NCBI GenBank assembly: GCA_002269645.1 | Contig: NIVC01002936.1 | Span: forward strand, 1-64,000 | DNA: 64,000 nucleotides | DNA from: Macrostomum lignano | Taxonomy: Eukaryota | Reading direction: 5' to 3' | Shown here: positions 1 through 12,000 of the stretch, in pieces | Position numbering within the stretch: the first letter of the stretch is position 1 | How the letters are laid out: each line of letters starts with the position of its first letter | The notes under the pieces: generated by a model | What the model saw: the letters and a program-made list of their open reading frames with translations, nothing else | Told to the model about the DNA's origin: nothing | Databases searched by the model: none | Made by a program: the position numbers and the translations under genes

Positions 1-3000
1 ATGATGAAGAGGATGAAGAGGCCGCCGATATGCTGGATGTTGGACGGCGTCGTAACGTTAAACGAAAGCTCGCAGTGCAACCGAAGAAGCAGGAGTCACT
101 ATCGACGAGTCCAAGACGAGGACGACGGAGGCGACGAAAATGTAGGCGACGTCGAAGAGGAGGACGACGGATGAAGACGAAGAAGAAGACAACAGCAGCA
201 ATGCCAGCTTCTATGTTGGCATGCCTCGAGGCACGCCGGAGACTGGATCTTCATCGTCTGGCCGACTGTCCGTGAAAAATATGGCCGACTTTGAGGTAAT
301 GAATTTAAGTGAATTGTCTAGGGAGTGACCCCTTGTAGATTGTGTTATCTATGGAGTGACCCTTGTAGATTGTGTTATCTATGGAGCGACCCCTTGTAGA
401 TTGTGTTATCTATGGAGCGACCCTTGTAGATTGTGTTATCTATGGAGTGACCCCTTGTAGATTGTGTTATCTATGGAGTGACCCCTTGTAGATTGTGTTA
501 TCTGTGGAGTGACCCCTTGTAGATTGTGTTATCTATGGAATGACCCCTTGTAGATTGTGTTATATATGGAGTGACCCCTTGTAGATTGTGTTATCTATGG
601 AGTGACCCCTTGTAGATTGTGTTATCTATGGAGTGACCCCTTGTAGATTGTGTTGTCTATGGAGTGACCCCTTGTAGATTGTGTTATCTATGGAGTGACC
701 CTTGTAGATTGTGTTATCTATGGAGTGACCCCTTGTAGATTGGAGTGACCCCTTGTAGATTAGGGTGACCCCTTGCAGATTGGAGTGACCCTTGTAGATT
801 GGAGTGACCCTTGTAGATTGGAGTGACCCCTTGTAGATTGGAGTGACCCCTTGTAGATTGGAGTGACCCCTTGTAGATTGGAGTGACCCCTTGTAGATTG
901 GAGTGACCTCTTGTAGATTGGAGTGACCCTTGCAGATTGGAGTGACCTCTTGTAGATTGGAGTGACCCCTTGTAGATTAGAGTGACCCCTTGTAGATTGG
1001 CTTGTAGATTGGAGTGACCCCTTGTAGATTGGAGTGACCCCTTGTAGATTGGAGTGACCCCTTGCAGATTGGAGTGACCTCTTGTAGATTGGAGTGACCC
1101 CTTGTAGATTAGAGTGACCCCTTGTAGATTGGCTTGTAGATTGGAGTGACCCCTTGTAGATTGGAGTGACCCCTTGTAGATTGGAGTGACCCCTTGTAGA
1201 TTAGGGTGACCCTTGCAGATTGGAGTGACCCCTTGTAGATTGGAGTGACCCCTTGTAGATTGGAGTGACCCCTTGTAGATTGGAGTGACCCCTTGTAGAT
1301 TGGAGTGACCTCTTGTAGATTGGAGTGACCCCTTGCAGATTGGAGTGACCTCTTGTAGATTGGAGTGACCCCTTGTAGATTAGAGTGACCCCTTGTAGAT
1401 TGGCTTGTAGATTGGAGTGACCCCTTGTAGATTAGAGTGACCCCTTGTAGATTGGCTTGTAGATTGGAGTGACCCCTTGTAGATTGGAGTGACTTCTTGT
1501 AGATTGGAGTGACTTCTTGTAATTTGGAGTGACCCCTTGTAGATTGGAGTGACCCCTTGTAGATTGGAGTGACCCCTTGTAGATTGGAGTGACCCCTTGT
1601 AGATTGGAGTGACCTCTTGTAGATTGGAGTGACCCCTTGCAGATTGGAGTGACCTCTTGTAGATTGGAGTGACCCCTTGTAGATTAGAGTGACCCTTGTA
1701 GATTGGCTTGTAGATTGGAGTGACCACTTGTAGATTGGAGTGACTTCTTGTAGATTGGAGTGACCCCTTGTAGATTGGAGTGACCCCTTGTAGATTGGAT
1801 TGGACTCTACTAGCGTATGGATTGCAATTTTTTTTCAACATAAAATACACGATAAAACCCAGGGTGAAGAAGAAGAAGAAGAAGAAGAGGAAGACGATGA
1901 AGACGAAGAAGAAGAAGACGAAGAGGAAGAAGAAGAAGAAGACGACGGCGTAGAGGTGGACAGCGCCTCGGTGGTGGCGGCAGCGGCGGCTGCAGCTGCT
2001 GGTAACACGTCCCAGAAGCAGCAACAGCAGCAGCAGCAATTAACAGCAGCCACGGGAAAGTCGAATGCAACTAATTCGCCGGTTTTCTCTTCCTCGTGGC
2101 ATCGGCCTCATCATCATCATCATCAGCATCATCATCGTCACACTGTGCATCATCATCAGCAGCTTCAGCATCATCAGCAGCAGCAGCAGCAGCAAGCTGA
2201 CTGCCTGGCTGATCGATTGAACCGTGTCGCCGAACCCGGCCATTGTCTACTGTGGGATCTCTGTCGGGATGACAGCTCGGCTGCTCGGCTAGCCGAGGAC
2301 CACCTGTTTGATGAGGCTCAACGATTGCTGTTCTGCCTGCTGTGCGGCGCCGACGGCCGGATCAGGCATCGGTTTGTGTCCGCCGCTGTGGCCAGCCTCG
2401 CCGAACACCGGGCGCCGTTGGTCTGCGTTCGGCTGCTGGCTAAATTGTTCAGATCGTTTGGCGCTCAGGCCAAGGAGATGCTGCGCTGGGCTGTGCAGGT
2501 CTGGCATTTCTGCAGTCTTGGCTGGGTTCTGTCTCTGTTCTCATATCCCCGTCTCTGATCTCATCTCTGTCTCTGTTCTCATCTCCCCGTCTCTGATCTC
2601 ATCTCTGTCTCTGTTCTCATCTCCCCGTCTCTGATCTCATATCCCCGTCTCTGATCTCATCTCTGTCTCTGATCTCAAATCCCGTCTCTGATCTCATCTC
2701 TGTCTCTAATCTCATATCCCGTCTCTGATCTCATCTCTGTCTCTGTCTCTGTTCTCATCTCTGTATCTGTTCTCATCTCTGTCTCTGTTCTCATCTCCTC
2801 TCTCTGTTCTCATATCCCCGTCTCTGATCTCATCTCTGTCTCTGTTCTCATATCCCCGTCTCTGATCTATCTCTGTGTCTGTTCTCATATCCCCGTCTCT
2901 GATCTCATCTCCGTGTCTGTTCTCATATCCCCGTCTCTGATCTCATCTCTCTGTCTCTGTTCTCATCTCTCTCTGTCTCTGTTCTGATATCTGTGTCTGT

Positions 3001-6000
3001 TCTCATCTCTCTCTGTCTCTGTTCTGATATCTCTCTGTCTCTGATCTCATCTATCTCTGTTTCTGATCTCATCTCTCTCTGTTTCTGATCTCATCTCTCT
3101 CTGTCTCTGATCTGATCTCTCTCTGTCTCTGTTCCCATCTCTCTCTGTCTCTGTTCTGATATCTGTGTCTGTTCTCATCTCTCTCTGTCTCTGTTCTGAT
3201 ATCTGTGTCTGATCTCATCTCTCTCTTTCTCTGATCTCATCTCTCTCTGTTTCTTATCTCATCTCTCTATGTCTCTGATCTCATCTCTCTGTCTCTGTTC
3301 TGATATCTCTCTGTGTCTGTTCTCGTCTCTGTATCTGTTCTCATCTCTTTCTCTGATCTAATCTCTGTCTCTGTCTCTGTTCTCACCTCGTCTCTGTTCT
3401 CAAATCTCTGTCTTTGATCTCATCTCTGTCTCTGTCTTTGTTCTCATCTCTATCTGTCTCTGTTCTAATATATCTGTCTCTGATCTTATGTCTCTCTGTC
3501 TCTGATCTAATATCTCTCTGTCTCTGATCTCAAATCTCCTCGTCTCTAAACTCATATCTCTCTGTCTCTGATCTCATATCTCCTCGTCTCTAAACTCATA
3601 TCTCTCTGTCTCTGATCTCATATCTCTCTGTCTCTGATCTCATATCTCTCTGTCTCTGATCTCATATCTCTCTGTCTCTGATCTCATTTCTGTCTCTGTC
3701 TTTGTTCTCATCTCTATCTGTCTCTGTTCTTATATCTCTGTCTCTGTTATCATATCTCTTTGTCTCTGATCTCATCTCTGTCTCTGTTCTCAAATCTCTG
3801 TCTTTGATCTCATCTCTGTCTGTCTCTGTTCACATATCTCTTTGTCTCTGATCTCATATCTCTGTCTCTGATCTCATATCTCTCTGTCTCTGATCTCATC
3901 TCTCTGTCTCTGATCTCATATCTCTCTGTCTCTGATCTCATCTCTCTGTCTCTGATCTCATTTCTGTCTCTGTCTTTGTTCTCATCTCTCTCTGTCTCTG
4001 ATCTAATATCTCTCTGTCTCTGATCTCATCCGCAATTAGAAAATAGACCAACTGTCCTGCTTAAAACAAGAGAATATTCTCAAAACTTAAACACTTTCAC
4101 CAGGATCTGCATCTGGCCGACGCCATTTTCTCCGACATGCTGTGGTTGCGCAGGGACTGCGACAGCGAGAAGGCCGCCTCAGCCTCCGATGCAGCTCCGA
4201 CGCCAGTGACTCCGGACGATGCTCTTGCCCGCCTAGATCTGGTGTTCGCTTTTGCTCAAGATTTACCGCTGACAGCTTATCAGATAGACCGACTGTGGCA
4301 CTGTCTGGTGGCTGGGCAGCCGGCTCAGCTGGCCGATGTGACGCTTAAATGGCTGTTCGATTTGGTCTGGCATGATGGGCTCAATGCTGAGGCTGCCGCT
4401 AGACTGGAGTTGGAACGGTGAGCATTTCTGGTTGGTTATTTGCTCAATAATGTGTCAGATTGTGTGCTCAAATCTGTCAGATTGTGTGCTCAAATCTGTC
4501 AGATTGTGTGCTCACATCTGTCAGATTGTGTGCTGAAATATGTCAGATTGTGTGCTTTAAAACGTCAGATTATGTGTCAGATTGTGTACTCAAATATGTC
4601 AGATTGTGTGTTCAAATGTGTGTCAGATTGTGTGCTCAAATGTGTGTCAGATTGTGTGCTCAAATGTGTCAGATTGTGTGCTCAAATGTGTCAGATTGTG
4701 TACTCAAATATTTCAGATTGTGTGCTCAAATGTGTGTCAGATGGTGTGCTCAAATGTGTCAGATTGTGTGCTCAAATATATGTCAGATTATGTGCTCAAA
4801 AATGTGTCAGATTGTGCTTTAAAACGTCAGATTTTGTTTCAGATTGTGTACTCAAATATTTCAGATTGTGTGCTCAAATGTGTGTCAGATTGTGTGCTCA
4901 AATGTGTGTCAGATTGTGTGCTCAAATGTGTCAGATTGTGTGCTGAAATGTGTCAGGTTGTGTGCTCAAATATGTCATCTCAGATCTCAGAAAGATCTCA
5001 GGATGTCAGGCTGCTCAAAAATATCAGATTGATCAAGAATGTCAGGCTCCTCAAGAATGTCAGATAGCTCAAGGATGTCAGACTGCTTAGGATGTCAGAC
5101 TGTCAGGCTGCTCAAGGATGTCAGACTGCTCAAGAATGTCAGGCTGCTCAAGAATGTCAGACTGCTCAAGGATGTCAGACTTGATCCTTAAGGACTTCAG
5201 ACAAGAGATCAAACTATACATGTACCAGAGTGAGTGTCTGCAGCTCACAAGAAGGTACCTTATAAATCTAAAATCGATAACTACTCTCCCTTACCTGGCG
5301 CAGTCTGCCCAGTCTTGGCCCTCGCAGCCTCTCACCCGCGGGACTGCAGCTCTACATTTTGCTACGCCAACGACGCAGCGGCAGCATCATCGACGGCGTC
5401 GATCAAGCGTCGGTTTCTGACGACGCCTGCGACGCCGACTTTCTCTGGGACGTAGCTTTGGCGGCTGAGAACTCCGATGTTAGCATAGCGGCTAGCGAGC
5501 ATATTAGCAAGCACCTGTTGCACCGATTAGCTAGAGATCATTATCGATTATTGTCAGACAGAACCGCTGCTACAGCTGCCGCTGTAACCAATAGCAACGC
5601 CGAAGAGAGATTCGTCCGACATTGTCTTCGCGTAGCCTCTGAACAATTAGTTGAATCGTCGAATTTAAGCCTGCAACCCAGTCAGCTATTGGCTCTTCAG
5701 CGCGCTCTGGTGCTGCTAGCCAGCCATCTGAAAGAGTTCACCAAGCATTGGACTTTTCATCTGTGCCTGTTGCGACTGCAGGGTAGGGGATTGGCGCCGC
5801 ATAGGAAGCTTCAACAGCAGCAGCAGCATCTGCCACCGTCACCGCCGCCTCAGCAGCAGCAGCAGCAGCCGCCGACACTTCTACCATCTGTGTCGTTGAT
5901 GTCGCCCACATTGTCGGCAGCTTCCAGTTCCGCGGCTTCGGTATCACTAACAATATCGTCTCCTCCGCCGGCGCCTCCTCCAGCGTCGTCGGCGGCTTCA

Positions 6001-9000
6001 ACGTTGTCGTCAGCTAGGATTAAACAATTATCGTTGACTTTATTGATAACCCAGAGGCAGTTGCGTAAATTGGTTCTATTAACTTCGAGTACAATGGTTG
6101 CCGAGCTGAGAGCCGAGGCTACGCATTTCTATAACGAATGCGATGAAATCTATCCGCAGTTGGGCGATAATGAACAGATTGATCAGGTGCGGTGATTATC
6201 GATTTTTCATCACTATTGTTTATGACTTTTGTGGGGGTTTACTTCTGTAAGTTTGAGTCACGTGACCATATTGTCTTTTAGATAATTGCTATAGATAGTA
6301 AAATCTCTAGGGCGAGTCACGTGACCTTATGTTTTTAGGGTCACGTGACCTCGAGCTCTTTTAGGTTACGTGCCCTTGAGGTTCTTTTTAGAGTCACGTG
6401 ACTTCGAGGTTCTTTTTAGAGTCACGTGACCTCGAGGTTCTTTTTGGAGTCACGTGACCTCGAGGTTCTTTGAGTCACGTGACCTCGAGGTTCTTTCTAG
6501 GGTCACGTGACCTCGAGGTTCTTTAGGAACACGCTACCTTAATATTCTTTTTGAGGTCACGTGACCTTAAAATACGAATCTTTGAAGTTTAAGTCGCGTA
6601 ACCTTACGATTTGAATTTGTTAATGTTACATGATAGTGAGGTTGTGTGTCACGTGACCTTGAAATAACATTATATTATGTGTTAAATTTATATAATCTTG
6701 ACGTTGAGATTTTTCGTGTCACGTGATATTACGTGAAATCTTTTAGGCCAGGGGTCACGTGATGCTGACGTTGAGATCTTTTAGAGTCACGTGAGCTTAA
6801 CGTTGGAAAGTGCTAAGATCACGTGACCTTGGTGTCGAGACCTTGGATAACCTGACCTTGGTTATAAAGCTGTGCTGTAGTCACGTGACGTTGGAATCCT
6901 CCAGAAGAAATTAGTTCCGTAATCCAGCGTCATTTTTTCTAGCGTTAATATGGATATTTACTACTATATGAGACTGAGACTTTGAGACTTTATGATGTCG
7001 TAACCTAGCAACAGCGTGTTAATATTCACCACCCTGTTGAATCCACACCCAGTCCGCTCCGCAGATGATTCGCTATGAACGGCTGTTTGCTCTCCGTCGA
7101 GGAGTCCTGACCCTTACCGAGCTCACTCTGGAGATGGACTTGAAAACTCTACAAGAGATTGGACTGCAGGTGTGTGTGTGTTTTCCAGCTTTCAAAGTTT
7201 TCAGCAATAGTGATAGAAAAATTTCAACCCTCATACTACTCACTCAGGATGGCTGCATAGTTCACGTGAGCTCTATGTGGGTCAGACGCGACCTCAGCAA
7301 CAGCGCCAATAGTTCAGAGGTGCTGACCAACTCGCCGCTACTGCCACCGCCTCGGCCAGAGCTCAATCCGCTGCTCATTCTTAGTCGCGAAGAGAATTTC
7401 AGTCAGCTATGCTTCCTGCTCGGTCCTCTAGTGTCGGTTAGCGAACCGCCAGAACTGGCTCTGCGAGCTCAGATTCTATCCAGACACCTGTGGGAGATTA
7501 TCTGCCTGTTGCCGACTAATACTAAATTAGTTGACGGTGTTAGACAGATGGCCGAGATCGCTGGTGGCGACTGGTCTGACCTGCTGCCAGCTGGGCAACC
7601 GCCTATGCTGTTGTATGGCTTGCAGGTGAGTTGCTTTTATCGCATGTATTATGAAGTGGGTTTACGGAGTCTTAAAACAGCGCAGGGGGTGAGAAATGGC
7701 GGGGTGTGAAATCGTGGGGTGGTGAGTTGGCGGGGTCTATAGTAATAAAACCGGAGGGGGAGAGAAATGGTGTGGTGTGAAATGTGGGGTGGTGGGTTTT
7801 GCGGGGTTTATAGTAATAAAATGGCGGGATGTGAAATCGTGGGGTGGTGGGTTTGCGGGGTCTATAGTAATAAAACAGCGGAGGGGGAAAAATGGTGTGG
7901 TGTGAAATCGTGGGGTGGTGGGTTTGCGGGGTCTATAGTAATAAAACAGCGGAGGGGGGAAAAATGGTGTGGTGTGAAATCGTGGGGTGGTGCCTTTGCG
8001 GGGTCTATAGTAATAAAACAGCGGAGGGGGAGAAAAATGGTGTGGTGTGAAATCGTGGGGGTGGTGGGTGTAGAAAAAATACTAAACTAAAGAGTATTTA
8101 ATTGGAGTTAAATTGAAGGATCAGATAAGCCAGTAAGTGGGCGCAGGGCCCAAACAAGTATATTTATACCAGACATTAACTTAGGGGGTTTGAATTGCAG
8201 ATAATAAAGAGAGGGGGTGGAGTGCGCGACTGAGGAAAGAGGCGAGAACGGAGAGCCAATCAGAACGCAGCAAGGGAGAGAGATAATAATAACAAGATTG
8301 AGCTAGACAGAGAGAGATAAAACGGAGTAAACAGAGACAAGTGAAGGTGAACTAAGAAATGACTAGGAAAGTCGCGACACTCCCCCCAAAAAATGGAACA
8401 TTTTTTTGAATTTTCGAGTACCAATAGAATTATGAATTAGAGTTCAAGAAACAACTTTAAAACAAATTTAACAATGGTGTACAAATACGACTAAGAATTT
8501 CAATACAAAACCTGTAGAGACTAGAGTGAATGCAAATTTGACCAAGAAATTTCACGTGTGCGATTTTAATGAATGAATTGTTACAACCAAATGAAAACTG
8601 ACTACATCTACCCTCCCCCCTAAAAAAATAATTAAATTTTTTACATTGTGACTACATGGTGAAAGAAAAAATTGAATGACGAATTAACGAGGCGATCTGG
8701 CCGGCGATGAGCGAAGAGACGATCCGGCAGGCGATGAGCGAAGAGACGATCCGGCAGGCGAGCCCCGAGGCGCCCCGGCCGAGAATTTGAAACCGAGAGA
8801 GACCGAGGACACCGCAGGACGCACCCCCGGCAGACGAAGAGCGAAGAGAGTCGAGACGATCCGGCAGGCGAGCCCCGCGGCGCCCTGGCCGAGAATTTGA
8901 ACCGAGAGAGACCTAGGACACCGCAGGACGCACCCCCGGCAGACGATGAGCGACGACTACATGTAGATGAAGGAGCACCGGCAGACAGTCGAGACGAGAT

Positions 9001-12000
9001 GAGATGGGATGAGACTGCTCCGGCCGACAGTTGACGAGATGGGAGGGCGCAGTCGACGAACGATGAGACGAGGAGACTGGTGGAGGGCTACGACGATGGC
9101 ATGGCCTTTGCCAGCCTTACTGAATTGACTTATAATGACTAAATTATTTTACATTGGGCGCCATGTTGAAAAAATACTAAACTAAAGACTAGAGAGTTAC
9201 TTGGAGTTAAATTGAAGGATCAGATAAGCCAGTAAGTGGGCGCAGGGCCCAAACAAGTATATTTATACCAGACATTAACTTAGGGGGTTTGAATTGCAGA
9301 TAATAAAGAGAGGGGGTGGAGTGCGCGACTGAGGAAAGAGGCGAGAACGGAGAGCCAATCAGAACGCAGCAAGGGAGAGAGATAATAATAACAAGATTGA
9401 GCTAGACAGAGAGAGATAAAACGGAGTAAACAGAGACAAGTGAAGGTGAACTAAGAAATGACTAGGAAAGTCGCGACAGTGGGTTTGCGGGGTCTATGGT
9501 AATAAAATGGCGGAGTGTGAAATCGTGGGGTGGTGGGTTTGCGGAGTCGATAGTAATAAAACAGCACAGGGGGAGAGAAATAGTGGGGTGTGAAATCGTG
9601 GGGTGGTGGGTTTGCGGGGTTGTCGGTTGATGATAAGAACACAGCAGGGGTTATGAATTTGCGGCGCGTAATTTAAGCATGGAATGGGTGTATATCTGCT
9701 CTCACTTCAATCCTCATCGCTAGGCAGTGTACGAGTATTCTGTTCACTGTTGGCCTTTAGTCTCAAAATCAAAGGGAATCTTTGACAAGTAACATCACCC
9801 CACATTGTCCCGGATTTTACAGGTAGTCGACCTGCTCTGCCGTCCGTCATTTTATCAGTCGCGTTCCAGCGTTGATGCCGCAACGGCGGCGGAGTCTGCG
9901 CAACAATTTCGTCAGAATTTCTGTAACAATGGCGGTCTGAATTGGCTACTGACTCTGTTTGCTGGCAATAAAGTTGATTGGATCAGCGACAAAGGACAGC
10001 TCAGCGATTGGGGCGTCGAGTGTTTGGCCTTCCTTTTAGAGGTGAGTGTGTCTTGTGTCGTGGGTATCCGGGTTTACTAGTATATATCTCTGAACGGGTG
10101 CCAGTGTCTCTGCATGTGTCTGTCTTCTGAGTGTCTGCCTTCTGAGTGTCTGTCCTCTAAGTGTCTGTCCTCTGGGTGTCTGTCCTCTAAGTGTCTGTCC
10201 TCTGAGTGTCTGTCTTCTGAGTGTCTGTCTTCTGAGTGTCTTCCGTGGATATCTGTGTAGTGAGCCTAATGATTGTGTCTGTCTTTATAGTGTGTCTGCG
10301 AGTATGAGACATTTACCTTCTGTGTGCCTGTCCTGTAGATCTCCTGTAGATTGTCATTATGTCTGTCTAATGGTATGCAAAACACAATCACAATATAATT
10401 GCAGGTGATCTACCAGTTCGTAGTGGATGCTGACAACAGCTCCTCATCAGCTGACAACCCGACAACAGCTCAGGTCGATGCCAGAGTCGACGAGGACGCG
10501 GAACCGGCTGCCGCTGATGCACTTGGCAAAAGTCGCCAGGCTAGCGGGGGCGGCAGTCGTGCGAAACGAGCCCGAAGGTGGGTTATAAATAAAAAAAATT
10601 ATAAGAAATATATTCATGCTCCTTGGCACTATAAAATCTAACGCATTCTCACACTGCAGGTCGCACCACTCAGCAAGCGCAGTTGAAGCTGCAACAACCG
10701 GCGAAACTACTTCAAGTAGTAGTACTGCAACTTCGTCTTCTCCATCATCAACAACTGGTTCTGTTGTTTTCCTACCATTGAAACGCCATCTATTAGTGCA
10801 AGCTGCGTCAACTACTACTACTCATAGCAGTAGTATAGAGAATCTAGCTCGCACTCTGATGGACATCGCTGCCAGAGCTGCTGGAGCTACTTTGCTCACG
10901 CCATTGAGCAGCGGCCGAGTCGGTCTGATCCGCTGGTCGCTCACGTTTCTGTTGTCGTTGGCATTCAGCTGTCGAGAAGAGATCGAACCCGTGCTGACTG
11001 CTTCGGACAGCCTGTGCAGCTGGTTGCAGGCCACAGTGCTAGACTGTCTTGATGGCCAGACTCGCCGAGAGGTTGTTCACAAGATTGTCCAGTTGTGTTC
11101 GCTGCGAAGCACTCGTGGAGTGAGTTGTCGTCAGTTTGCTCAACCATTGCTAATCTGCTTGTTGAGATTTTTGCCCAAAGCTGCCGCTATGAAACCGGCC
11201 GCTGAGGCGCGCGTATTTGGCGCCGGAGCCAGCGGCGCCGGTGGCAGCGGTGGCGCTAGCGTGGGATGCGGCGCCGGTACCAGCAGCGGAGGTGGCGTCG
11301 GAATCGGCGCCTCTGTAGATGGCAAGGTTGGTTTTTTGAACCACAATGTGTCTTCAAGTAATGTGTCTTTACGGTGTCTCTTATTGATGTGTCTGTCAAT
11401 GATGTGTCTCAATAATGTGTCTCTCAATAATATGTCTTCTTAATGGTGTGTCTCTCAATGATGTGTCTCTCAATGATGTGTCTCCTTCAATGATATATCT
11501 CTCAATGATGTGTCTCTTAATGGTGTGTCTCTCAATGATGTGTCTCTTAATGGTGTGTCTCTTAATGGTGTGTCTCTCAATGATGTGTCTCTCAATGATG
11601 TGTCTCTTAATGGTGTGTCTCTTAATAGTGTGTCTCTCAATGATGTGTCTCTCAATGATGTGTCTCTTAATGGTGTGTCTCTCAATGATGTGTCTCTCAA
11701 TGATGTGTCTCTCAATGATGTGTCTCTTTCACTGATATATCTCTCAATGATGTGTCTCTTAATGGTGTGTCTCTCAATGATGTGTCTCTCAATGACGTGT
11801 CTCTCAATAATATGCCTTCTTAATGGTGTGTCTCTCAATGATGTGTCTCTCAATGATGTGTCTCTCAATAATATGTCCTCTTAATAATGTGTCTCTCAAT
11901 GATGTGTCTCTCAATGATGTGTCTCTCAATGATGTGTCTCTCAATAATATGTCTTCTTAATGGTGTGTCTCTCAATGATGTGTCTCTCAATGATGTGTCT

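Noticed and set aside
6255-6890. CRISPR-like repeat-spacer array
   Set aside because: The repeat is only 10 bp, spacers in the 5' half are copies of each other, and the context is a eukaryotic intron.
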